Made by a program: the position numbers and the translations under genes
The notes under the pieces: model-generated
The model's input: only the letters and a program-made list of their open reading frames with translations
Databases searched by the model: none
What the model was told of the DNA's origin: nothing
In this document: positions 1-12,500 of the stretch, one piece after another
How positions within the stretch are numbered: the first letter of the stretch is position 1
Layout of the letters: each line of letters starts with the position of its first letter
Source: Piromyces finnis finn
Taxonomy: Eukaryota > Fungi > Neocallimastigomycota
DNA: 64,000 bases
NCBI GenBank assembly: GCA_002104945.1
Contig: MCFH01000038.1
Coordinates: forward strand, 310,001 to 374,000
Reading direction: 5' to 3'

Positions 1-1317
1 AGTAGTAGAAGTTGAAGGTGGTTCAACGTAGCCACTTCCATCACCCTTAGTAATGAATACACGGTAACCAGAACTAGCATTAGTTCCAGTAATACTAATG
101 GATAATTGTCCGTTTTCAACGCTATATTTCTTTTCAAAGATAGTGTTTGGACCATTACTTGGAGTATCCTTATCTCTCCAATCAACCTTTTCGACCTTAA
201 CATTAGCGACAGATCCAATAAAGGATGGGATGTTTCTGAATGAAGCATTAATAGTACCATCATTTGGACCACCGAAAATAAAACTAATGTATTGTTTGCT
301 AGAATCAACACAAGCAGCACCATCTACAAGCTTACTGTTATCATTTGGTGGAGTAACATAGACCATATCACCAGTCATATCACCGTACCATTTGTAGAAA
401 TACCAACCAGCACCCTTTTGAGTATCAGTAGCTAATAAACTACCTAAACGACCTGGTTTTGGTACAAACCACCATGAAATCATAGCACTGTCAATCTTAT
501 AACGTTCAAATTTACCAATGAAACGTGCACTAGAACCTGGTTGACCTTCTAATTCGTGTTCAGCATCACAATATTCATTAATACTAATTGGAAGTTCCTT
601 GATACCAAGAGATTTTTCTAATTCACGGTAAGCCTTAATGTGGTTTGAAACATTTTCAATACCACTTAATTCATGCCAACACATAATATCTGGAATAACA
701 TTATTAGTTTTACAGAATTGTAAGAATGAACGCATTCTACTTTCATTGTACCAACTATCACATGGACCAATAATCTTTTCATTTGGATCATTTTGACGAA
801 TTACTTGGTAAGTTTGTTTCCAAAATTCGTTAAAGTTTAAACCATTAGAATCTTTCCATGTACCATCTGGTTCATTCCAAATTTCTAAACCGTACCAATT
901 GGTTAAACCAGACTTTTTTTTATCAGCAATAAATGATTTAACTTCGTTTGCCCAGCTTTGCATACCTGGCCATTTATATGGCCAATATGGTAAAATATCA
1001 GCTAAATCAACAGAAACTAAGGCACCTGGGGTTTGTGCTAAACGTTTTGCAACTTTAATAGCATCACCATATGGATGTTGATTTCCATTTGCACCTCTTC
1101 CTGGATTACGCATAACAAATGGATGAATAGGATCAACTAAGGCATTATAATCCCCTGGAACATTTTCAATAATACCATATAAAGAACCATTAGCACAGTG
1201 TGTAGCTCCACGAATTTTGTTGGCACAATCTACTTTTAATGTATTTGCAGCCTTTACTGGAGCAATTGAAGCCACTAATAAGTGACAAGCAAGAACAATT
1301 AAAGATAAACTCTTCAT
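1..1317 (-). CDS. Secreted glycoside hydrolase family 39 (rumen-fungal type), C-terminus runs off the window edge
   Basis: Intronless 439-codon frame from ATG at 1317 to base 1; absent from the ORF track because there is no stop in the window. It begins with a signal peptide (MKSLSLIVLACHLLVASIAPVKA-ANTLKVDC). It has the clan GH-A acid/base motif EIWNEPDG (E149), then IIGP and CWHEL, and the nucleophile motif ISINEY (E248). A beta-sandwich region follows, then a Ser/Thr/Pro linker (GDGSGYVEPPSTSTT) at the window edge. Confidence 0.9.
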   Translation of the reverse strand, partial: MKSLSLIVLACHLLVASIAPVKAANTLKVDCANKIRGATHCANGSLYGIIENVPGDYNALVDPIHPFVMRNPGRGANGNQHPYGDAIKVAKRLAQTPGALVSVDLADILPYWPYKWPGMQSWANEVKSFIADKKKSGLTNWYGLEIWNEPDGTWKDSNGLNFNEFWKQTYQVIRQNDPNEKIIGPCDSWYNESRMRSFLQFCKTNNVIPDIMCWHELSGIENVSNHIKAYRELEKSLGIKELPISINEYCDAEHELEGQPGSSARFIGKFERYKIDSAMISWWFVPKPGRLGSLLATDTQKGAGWYFYKWYGDMTGDMVYVTPPNDNSKLVDGAACVDSSKQYISFIFGGPNDGTINASFRNIPSFIGSVANVKVEKVDWRDKDTPSNGPNTIFEKKYSVENGQLSISITGTNASSGYRVFITKGDGSGYVEPPSTSTT

Positions 1318-3497
1318 TATTATTATTACTAATAATATATATTTTTTTTTTAATTCTTATTTCTCTTTTTTTTTTTTTCTTAGGGTTATTTAATCAAGAT
1401 ATACCTTTCTTTTCAATTTTTTTCCTGTTTTTCAAATAAATAAAATTTATATATATATAAATAGTAAAGTAAAAGAATAAAAGAACTTTAAAGAAAATAA
1501 AATAATATACAACTGTATATATTTATTATAGTATTTTACACACTTCTTTTCCTTTTTACTTTAAATTTTTTAATATTAAAAAAAAATGAATTTAATTTTT
1601 TTTGAAATGGGAAATTTTCATTTTTATATTTTTTTGAAAACCTTTATTTTTTTATAAGAATTAAAGTTTATCATTTTTAGCTATATTAAAATGATTCACT
1701 ATTAATTGTAGATCAATAATTTATATACAATAATTTTTAATTTTAAATTTACAATAGTTATTAGAATTGTATAGTGATTAAATTAAATATTAAAAAAAAA
1801 TGAAAGAACAAACTTTATTTAATATAATATATATTAATTATAAACTTTAAAATTTATAAATTAATAGTAAAGAAAAATAATTAAAAAGATATTTAGTTTA
1901 ATTATAAATAAAATATTTTAATTTTATTTAATTAATAAGTTTATATTGTAATATTATTAAATTAATATATAAAATAAATGAAATAAAAGAAAGGAGCAAG
2001 GGAAAAAAAATTAAATAATAAATAAAAAATTGCTATTATTCATGGATTGTCAAAAAAAAAAAAAAATTAAATTTATTCCTTTGATTTAAATAAAGTTTCA
2101 CTAAAAAATGATGAACAATAAAAAAAAAATAATAATTAATAAAATAGAATGATTATTGTTTTTAAATTTATATAATTTAAACTTTTTATTAGGGTAATTT
2201 TTTTCAAGAAAGAAAAAAGTGATATTCCTTTTATAAATTATTTATATTAAAATAAAAGGGTAATTTTTATTTAAATTTATATTTCTTCCAATAAGAACTG
2301 TTAAAAATTATGAAAAGATATTAAAATGTGATACTTTTGAAAAATGAGTAATTCATTTAATAATTATAACTTTCTTAATTAAGAAAAGTACGGATAGTTC
2401 ATTTGGGTAAAAGGAAAATTAATTATGTTCAATATTGAAAAAATAAATTTGTGTGTTTTAACATTTATTATTAAGTTTATTGATTAAAGGACTTTTTTTT
2501 ATTATCTATTGATTACATTTAATATTTATATTAATATATGATTAATTACATTTGCATTTGTATATACATATATGTACTGCGCCATAATATGTTTACTAAT
2601 ATTTAATTATTAATTATCATACTCTATATAAATAACTATAAATACATTTTGTGCTAACTATAATTAAACTTTCTTTTTATAAAGTATTTATTTTGTTTAT
2701 TTAATTTATAAAGTTAATTATAAATATTTTTATACTATAATTATGTGGCTAATGTTACTTAGTAATGCTTTATATTACGATTATTCTACGAAACATTACA
2801 TTAGAAATTTACATAATAATTTTATTATTTATTAAAGTTTAATATTAGTAATATTAGTAAAATTTTTATTAGTAATTAAGTTCTAGCTGAATTATATTCT
2901 ATATGAAAAAGAATAAAGAATCATTGTAATGGAGAATTTTTTTTAATATTAAAAAAAAAGTTTTTGAAATAAAAGAAAGAAAAGAAATAAAGAGTTTGAC
3001 TTTATTATTTTTTTATATTAAGAGATTATTATTATATTTATTATTAGATTATAATGTATGTATTATAATTTAACAACACGATTACTATCTTTAATATTTT
3101 TTTTTTTATTTTTTTGTTAATGCATTAAAGTATTCTAATATAAGTATATATAAAAGACTTTGGTGTTTTATATTTCTTTTATTTGTATATATATAGGTAA
3201 AAGGATAGAGTCCTCTTAATTTATTTTAAAAGTAAAAACAAAAGGAATTTCCTAACCCTACAATTTAGAGTATTTTTTAATTAATAATCACGTGTATATA
3301 TAAAAATTCAAAATTAAAAAATCAAATATTTTTATTAATTATTATTAATATTATTATCATTAAAATATTGGTGTTTAATTATTTGAAATTTTGATTTATA
3401 GAAATTTGAATTTTCAAATTCAATTGTAACAATCTTTCTAATTAATCATTAATAAAAAAATTATTTATTTTTTCTTAAATATTACATAATATATATC

Positions 3498-4137
3498 ATG
3501 AATCAAATTCAAAAAGGTGATAAAAGAAGTAAGTACTTTTTTAATTTTATTATAATTTTATCTATTATAAATATAAATACTTTTTTTTTTTTTTTTTTTT
3601 TTTTAAATTGGTGATATAAAAAATAGCAATACCTTTTTAAAAATCGTAATCTATATAGAGGAATTAAAAATTTAAATATATCATTTTAAATATTTTGTAT
3701 TATTCAAACATTAGCAAAAAAAGACAGAAAAAATAAATTTCCTAAATTTTTCAATGATCCAAAACTTGCTGAACAAATAATATATAATAAAAGGAACGAA
3801 TTAATAAATAAAGAAAAAAAGGAAAAAAAGGGATTAAATTTAGTTCATACTGATTTCTTTAATGGTAAATAACTTTATATTTTTATAGTAAAAAAAAAAA
3901 AAAGCTTAATGTCAACAATAGTAAAAATGTTTTTCAAAAAAAAATTATTTTTTATTAAAAATGTTCTATTTAAAGTATTTAAAAGAAAAATATTCAAATA
4001 TTAATAATATTACGTTTTATTATATTATTTTATTGATATATACACATATATACACAATATATATCTTTTATATAATATTCTCAAAAATAAAAATATAAAA
4101 AGATTTTGAAGACGATTTTGATGATGAAACCATCTAA
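3498..4137 (+). CDS. COP9 signalosome subunit 9 (CSNAP/MYEOV2)-like acidic microprotein, spliced
   Basis: The exon ending at 3866 (GTAAAT donor) joined to exon 4103-4137 gives ...GLNLVHTDFFN|DFEDDFDDETI*, which closely matches the CSN9 C-terminal signature VHADFFNDFEDLFDDDDI. Exon 1 is 3498-3528 (MNQIQKGDKR, GTAAGT donor). The 5' acceptor is uncertain: AAG at 3813-3815 gives an intact 38-aa protein, while TAG at 3712-3714 needs a 2-nt indel. Confidence 0.75.
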
Positions 4138-4576
4138 GACATTATAAATTTTAAAAATAATTAATTTTATTATTATAATTTGACTTTAGCTAGAATTAAT
4201 ATTGTTATCTATTATTTATACCATGCCATTCATTAATTTTGAGGAATAACAATATAAAAGAATCATTTGTAAAAAACAAATATTTAATTATTAAATTTAA
4301 AACAGGAAAAAAAAAATATAGCTATCAATATGTTAAAAATTTTATTTTATTTTTTTTTAAAGAAAAAGAAATAATAAAAATAAATGTAAATATAAAAAAA
4401 TAAACTTTAATATTTTCATTGTTTATTATTATTATTATTATTATTTATTAAATTAATTGCTGCTATAATACATTTAAAATCCTTAGATATTTGGATTGAA
4501 ATATTAATTTTTTGTTTTGTAACATTTTCTTTACATATAAATTGAATATACATCACTGTTAATTTGAATTTTTATA

Positions 4577-5543
4577 CTATTCCTTTTTTGTCTTGTCTTT
4601 CAAACTTTTCTTTTTTATTGATACTTTTTTATGATATCCTTCATGCATATTATCCTCCATAAGCATACTTTCTTCTCTTTTCTTTATTTCTAAAGCCTAT
4701 TTTAATTCATTTATATTGTATTAATATTATCCATTTCATTTACATATATATATTAATATATTATTACCGCTTGATAGGTAGCTGATGATTGAGAAAATAA
4801 TCTATCTTCTTCTGTAAATTTTATCTTTTTTTTCTCAGGTCTAGTTGACATATAGCCGTCAAAACCTTTTATTATATTACCAAATTGTGAAGTTTCTTCT
4901 AAATAATTTCCTTCAAATGAATAAATATTAGCTTCTAGATTTACCTAATTATTAATAATATTTCAAGAAAATGCGATAATAATTTATAATGTCGTTATTA
5001 CATGTGTTTTCATTATGAAAATAAACATATATATTTTTTTGAAAATTATAAATTCTAGTAATTTTGTGATTTTAATTAATATATTACTAAATTAATTCTT
5101 ACCAATGCTCTGTCCACTTTTCTTTTCATATTAATTAGTTCTACAAGCTCACTTTCAGCTTGCGATAGCTTTTGTGGTGTGGGCTTTACAGAAATATAAC
5201 AAAATGAAATTAAAAAAATAAAATATTATAATATTTAAAATAAAAATAAAACAATTAAAATTGAAATATTAACTAGAAATTTAACAATTAATTATTGATT
5301 TTAATGTATATAAATAAAATGAAATAATTTGAATTTTACTATATCTTCTCTTGATTCTTCTTTTTTTTGATCTTTTTTATCTGAGGTATCTTTATTCTTT
5401 TCTTTTTCTGTGGTATCTTTATTTAATTTATCTGATGAATTTTGTTCTCTACTCTCTTTTACATTTTTTTTACTTTTTTTTTCTTTCTTTTCACCACCTT
5501 CCTCCCTTTTTTTTTCTTTCTTCTCTATTTTTACTTCAACCAT
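4577..5543 (-). CDS. EAF6: NuA4/NuA3 histone acetyltransferase subunit Eaf6, 4 exons
   Basis: Spliced translation gives a K/E-rich N-terminal exon, then PTPQKLSQAESELVELINMKRKVDRAL|VNLEANIYSFEGNYLEETSQFGNIIKGFDGYMSTRPEKKKIKFTEEDRLFSQSSATYQA|ALEIKK...KKE*. This matches the Eaf6 motifs IYxFEGxYLE, GNIIxG(W/F)D and RLFSxSS. Confidence 0.92.
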
Positions 5544-6551
5544 ATTTTTATTACTATTAATGTTTTAAATATAAATGTATATAACCAAAATTCGAAAAAT
5601 GATTTTATTATGATTATGCCTTTTTTATTATTTTAGTATTCCAATAATGATGTAAATAAAAGATAATGAAATGTAATAAATTAATAAAAATTAACATAAA
5701 AATATGTAAATATAACTTAAATAATAATTATCATGTGTTCTAGAAATGAAATTAATTGATAGTAGATTTAGTAATCATAAGATATCAATGTAAGAGAGGT
5801 TAAGATTCTTTATAAACCTCCAAACAAAAATAATAGTACTTTCATTTTTCGTAATAATTGAAATATTGAAATATAATTAAGTGCTAAAAGTATTATGACA
5901 TTATATCTATTGTAATATATTGTTATCATTAGTACTAAAGAATATATATTTTTATTATTGATTAAAAAAAAAAAAAAAAAAACCAAAAAAATTTTTCTAA
6001 ATTATTATTAATGTATCCAAATTAATTTATTTATTTTCTGTAATAGTATTTGGTATTTGTAGGTTCAAAAAATAAAAAGAATATTTTAGTTTTTTGTATT
6101 TTGTATTTGAATAATATTATATATATTGTATTGATGGAATATATAATTTAGAAATCAAACAAACAAATAAAATTAAATAATAATAATTAAATTTATGGCT
6201 TTAGGCCATTAATATTACTGTTAAAGTAATACATATATCGATTTATTGTTGTAATAGGTTTTAAGAAATTTTATTCATATTTGCATTAAATATATGTAAA
6301 TAAAGTGTAGAGTAGTCATTCAATCATGTGATAATTTCAAATCAAATTCTACATAAGGCATTATTTTATTGTATCACAAAAAACTAAATTATCTATTTTT
6401 CTTCTTAACTAACAGAAGTATTTAAAAAATTATATATATTAATAATTATTATAACAGGTTACTGTCATTTAGAAATAAATATTAAATATTTATACAATAA
6501 TTAATGTCATTAACACTATTTTTTTACTTCAAATATTTTTAAAGTTCAGAA

Positions 6552-8799
6552 ATGTCATTATCATTATCTACAAATTACCTTGCTTCATCAGCATTATTTG
6601 AATTTTCAAAAAAAATAATTCCACCTATTACACATGAACTTCATAAAGGACAATCAGGTAATAAATAAAATTGTTTAATAAATTTGTTAATGAGTTTATT
6701 TAATCTTTGTGTAAAGCTTTTTTTTCTTTTCTCTTCCTTTCTCTCTCTCTTTTTTTTTTTTTATTATAATTGATTTTGAAAACTAAATTTAATATAATAT
6801 ATCTAAAAGACTTAATGTTTTGTTATTAATAATTTATTATTATTAAAAAAAAAAAAAAAAAAGAAAATTATTATATATTAATGAATAAAACTATATTGAG
6901 ATTTATAATTAATTTAGTATTTTGATAATTTAAACTATTAATAGATTTCATTTAAATTTCATAAAATTTCAATAAAAATTGTAGCAATTTAACATTATTA
7001 TTATATATTTTATTATTTATATTTTTATTTAACATGTTTTTTTAAAATTTTATAAATTAAAGGAAGAGTAGCTGTTATTGGTGGAAGTGAAGAGTAATTA
7101 AATATAAATTTTAAATATATATATATTTTGTAATTGAAATGCCAATTTAAAATGTGTTCATTAAAATAAAAAAGATATACAGGTGCTCCATACTTTTCTG
7201 CTATGTCATCATTAAAACTTGTATATTTCGAATTTCTTTAATAATAATAATAAAAAGGAATTTATTTAAAAATAATAAATTTTCTAAAAACATTATTTTT
7301 ATGAAAATGACTATAGGGTACTGATTTAGCCCATGTTTTTTGTGAAAAGAAAGCTGGTGTTCCAATTAAAGTAATTATTGTTACTCTTTCTAAATATAAT
7401 ATAAATATTTCATTTTTAGCATTTCTTTAAAGAGTAGTTTTTATTAAACATGCTTTTTCTTTAAAAATATTTTTACTATACTATTATGTAGAGTTATTCT
7501 CCAGAACTTATAGTTCATCCATATTTAAGAAGCCTCGAGTAAATATTATAAGCATTTATTTATAATGAGAATCAACGTTAAATTAAAATAGTTTCATTGT
7601 AATAATACCTTTTTTTTCCTTTCATATATTTTTATTAAAAACAACTGAACGAACAAACAAATGAACATATAAAGAAATCTTAAAAAGCATAATGCAAATA
7701 ATATTGATGAAAAAATTAATGAAATTGTTGATAAAGTGTCCGCTATGTTTTCAAGATTACATGTTTTAGTTATAGGTCCGGGTTTATCAAGAGATCAAGG
7801 TTTGATTAGTACTGTTGAAAAAATAATTGAAAAAGCTAAGGCTGTTAATTTACCATTAGTAATCGATGCTGTAAGCGTTAAAATAGTAGTAGTATATTTA
7901 TGTTTTGTTTTTATTCAAAAATTAATTTTTCTTATAAATATGTATTTTTAAAAGGATGGTTTATTTATTATACAAAATAACCCAGATCTTATTAGAGGAT
8001 ATAAACCAGCCATTTTAACTCCAAATGTAGTTGAATTTAATCGTTTATGTGAAAAGATGGTGAGTTTTTTTTTTTTTTTTTTAATATTTGTTGGTTTAAT
8101 TTTTTTTTTTTAATCAATAATAACGGAATATAATAATATATAATAATTTTAAAAGAAAATTGGAAATGATTCAAATAGAAAATACCAAATTGCATCAAAA
8201 TTGAGTCAAGAACTTGGAAATGTTACTATTGTTCAAAAGGGTTCGACTGATTTAGTTACAAATGGAAAAACCAGTATGTTATATTAAATAAATTTTAAAC
8301 CAAAAAAAAAAAAAAATTTTTTTTTATTACTATAATTATTGTATTAAATTATAATATATTAAAAAGTTTATACATGCGATAACCGTGGTAGTGCTAGAAG
8401 ATGTGGAGGTCAAGGTGATGTATTATCTGGCGCTATTGCAACATTTTATGCATGGGGAAAATGCTATCAAAGTAATAATTGGAGGTAAATCTTTTTTTTT
8501 TTTAATATTACATACACTCTTAATAATTCTAATATTTAATAAACCATGTTAATTTAAATAAATACTTCTAATTATATTTTAGCCATCCAGAAGAACTTGA
8601 TTTCGCTACTGATTTCGATGAAAAGATTCCAATGTTGGCATCATGGGCTGGTTGTTATATAACAAGAAATTGCTCATGTGCTGCTTTTGAAAAGTATGGC
8701 CGTTCTATGACAGCTACTAACATGGTAGAATTAATTGGAAATGTATTTTCAAATACTTTTGAGGAAAATGAAGATAAATTAAAAAAATCAAAATATTAA
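6552..8799 (+). CDS. NAXD: ATP-dependent (S)-NAD(P)H-hydrate dehydratase (CARKD/NNR2), 10 exons
   Basis: Spliced motifs: IPP...HKGQSG|RVAVIGGSE|EYTGAPYFSAMSSLKL|GTDLAHVFC, SYSPELIVHPYL, LHVLVIGPGLSRD, LPLVIDA|DGL, ILTPNVVEFNRL, VTIVQKGSTD and GSARRCGGQGDVLSG. All nine introns have GT...AG ends. Confidence 0.95.
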
Positions 8800-9514
8800 T
8801 ATTTTTATTTTTTGGAAAAAGAAAATACCTAATAAACCTAATAAAAAGGTCATTTTATAATTATATATAGAAATTAAAAAGACAAAAACAAAACAAAACA
8901 AAACAAAGCAAAAAAAAAAAAAAATAAAATAATACTATTTTAAAACATAACAAAAAATCTTTGTAATAATAATAAAAATAAAATAAAAAGGTGATAACAT
9001 TACAAATAAAAATAATAAAAATAAAAGAAGTTTTAACTGAAAGTTCATTTTATATAAGTGTATGATCCTCTTTTTTTCTTATAATAAATCATATTTTTTT
9101 CATTTTTATATATATAATTAAATTATTTCTAATATATTGTAGATAAGTAAATTTAAATACATTTTAATTTATTTTTCAATAAAAATTTATCATTGAAATT
9201 TTTTGGGATTAATTAATTTTTTTTATATATTAAAATTATATATAATATTATTTTAAAAAAAAAAGGCTATATAAGCAAATATAAAAAATATTTCCCTATT
9301 TTATATTAATCATAAGAAAAAGAAAATAAATTGACTTTTTTTTTTATTTTTTAAAATGAAATTTTATAAGCTCTTTTGAAATAACGGAAACAGAATAACG
9401 AAAACTATAATAATAATAAAAATAATAATAATAGCAATAACAATAACAATTAACAATAACAATTAATAATAATAATAATAACAGTTAAACAATATTATAT
9501 AAAACTGTTTAATA

Positions 9515-12500
9515 ATGGATAATATATTAAAGTATTGTATACCCGAAATTTCTTTAGAAGGAGGAAGAGGTAATAATAAATTTTATAATAAATAAGAAAG
9601 TTTAAAATAAAGTATTATAAGTTATTAATTAACTTTAAGAGATATTTATTAAACTCATTTAAAAGAAAATATATTAAAGTATTCATTTTAATATAAAATT
9701 CATTATATTAAATATATTTAAAGGTTGTACAATTAAAAGATTTTGGCATTTATTATCAAAGAAATGTAAAGAAGAAAATGAAAATTTTACTGGTATTTAT
9801 TCCTATCCCTATTATTTTATTATTCTTTAAAAGAATATTATTTTGAAGTTATAAATTATTTTTTTTTTTAAAAGGAATTGATAAATATATGAAAAATTAT
9901 TTGTGGACTTATGTATTACAACTTAAGGAATTAGCTTTTCATTTAGCAGATAAAGACAAAGAAGTATGTGGATTGATAATAATAAAAATTTCCTTAAATT
10001 ACAAATATATATATATTTTAAAATGTATTTCATTAATAATTTAGAATTGCTAATTTAAAATGGAATATATCTAATATTAATATTTTATATTTCTTAAAAA
10101 AAAAAAAAAAAAAAAAAAAATATTATATTATTATGAAAAATAAATTTAATAACAGTATGAAGAAATACCTCTTAATATAGTTTCGAAGGAAACTTTAGAA
10201 TCTCTTAATGAAAAATATGGAGAATCATTCAGAATATATGTTAAAAATGAATATAGAAAAAAGCATATTATTGGATCAGAAGATGTAATATATTATAAAA
10301 TTAGTTATTTAAACATTATATTTTCATAAATCTTTCAGTAAATTAATGAATTATTATTATTCTAATTATTAAAAAAAAAAATATTATTTTAATTAATTTC
10401 AATTAAACTGAATTAAAACACCAATAACAATTTGTCATTTTCAAATGAGAAGATTTTATGTTCAAGAATTTCCAATTCTCAATACCTTGTATTAGAAGCA
10501 ATTGCTAAGAACCGGTCAAAAGGAATTACACAAAATGATATTGCTAAGAAATTGGATATGGATCCAAGATCGTTGTTTCATTGCTTGAAGATACTAATGG
10601 ATTTCAAATTAATGTATAAATATTTAATAATTTGAAAATTATTTATAATTGAAATTTTTAAACATTATTTATATATAACATTTATATGTTTATTAATTTA
10701 TTAATTCATTGTAATATAACTTTTCTTTATAATTTATATATGTAATTATTATTATTATTATTATTTTTTTTTCAAAAATAATTAGTGTAAAGTATCCAGT
10801 TGTTTCAAAAGGTATATTTACAAATTTGTGTATCTTAATACGATATGCTTTAAAAAATCCTTCATATTTAGAATACAGAAATAGAAACGAAAAAATGTTT
10901 AATAAATATCATTTATTGGATGAAAGTAATAATAAAGGAGACCCTACAAAAGATTCTAATGAAGATGATGATATGATATCGGTTAATAGTGCTCTAGTAA
11001 AAATTAAAATTACTGAAATTTTAAACAGTGCACTTAATAATATATTGTCAGCAACTAATTTACAGACAGCTTTGGTATTTATCTTGAATTTACATATTAA
11101 TATTTATAATATTGAAAACAAAGTTTAATGATGTATATCTTTGTTTCATTTGTAATCCCATTAAATAGTTGTCAACAATGATACAATGATAATTATTACT
11201 AATTTTAAATTCTTATATTCAAAAACATAATTTATAATTTTTATTATAGGGTTTTTATAATTGTACATTAAATCAAAGAAAATGGTTTAATCGTACTTTG
11301 TCATTATTATGTGAAAAGAAATATATAGAAAAAATTATGGTTAAAAAGGAAAATAGGGCACCTGAGCGTTGTTATAAATTACTAAAAATGTATACCATCT
11401 CAAGACCTCAATCCCATATTGATAATGTTAAAGATATAGATCTTCAAAATAATAGAAAAGTTGATGTTATTGGAGAAGGCGGTATATTAGTTGATCTTCC
11501 TTTAGAATACCAAGTTTATCGTATTATTGCCCTTAGTGGAGAAAAAGGTATTACTGCAAATAACATAAGAAACTCCTTAAGTTTTGTAGGCACAAGAGTT
11601 TTAGTGAGAGCATTGGAAAAGTTAGTAAGACCAAGTAAAGCACCGAAGGATATTATTGGTATTAATCGTATTGCTGAATTTGTTGGTAAAGAAAGACATT
11701 ATCGTTATTTTGCTGCAGGATCTTTTGAAAACTTTCTTCGTAAATCTAGAAATGATTTAATTAGTGATAGAGAAATTGAAAAAATGGTTACCACAAATAA
11801 TTTAATATCTCGTAAAAAGTCAAAGCGAAAGGTAAAAATAATAATATTCAAAAAAAGAAAAAAAAATTGTATTAACATTTTCATTGATATTTAAATTTTA
11901 TTATGTTAATAATTTAATTATGAACTATAATAATAATTATTATTATTATTATTATTTCATTATTATAATATTTAGCCAAAGACAGATAAAAACGAGGAAC
12001 AAACTACAAATACTAATAATAAGGATGAAGAAAAGAATGATAATAATGATAAAAACGATAAAAACGATAATATTAATAATGAATCCAGTGTAAGTACTGT
12101 GAATAATCAAAGTAGTCTTGAAGATTCAAATAGTTTGTCTCTTCAACAAACTAGTTTGAATGATATAAATAATAAAGAATTGGATTCAAAAGTTAAAACT
12201 GAAAATATTCTAGATGAATATATTATTCAAAATAAAGATTTTTTAAACAAGTATACTCAAGGAAAGAAAAGTAATTAAAAATATTTTTATTTTTATTTTA
12301 TATATAATATATAATGAAATTTATATTTGCATTAATAGTTTTTATTACACATTTAATAAATAAAAAAAAATTAATATGAATATTTATATATTATTAAATA
12401 TTTTTTTTTATAGATAAAATTGTATCCTTAACTGAATTAAGAAGAAGACAATATATAATTGATAGACTTGAAAAAGAAAATATTATTGAAATCAATTCAA

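Noticed and set aside
98-1439. Plus-strand ORFs 98-361, 899-1081 and 1239-1439
   Set aside because: Antisense shadows of the GH39 frame and adjacent low-complexity sequence; no motifs.
6552-6600. Hydrogenosomal targeting presequence on NAXD (MSLSLSTNYLASSALF)
   Set aside because: Ser/Leu-rich but lacks the Arg residues and cleavage motif typical of such leaders.
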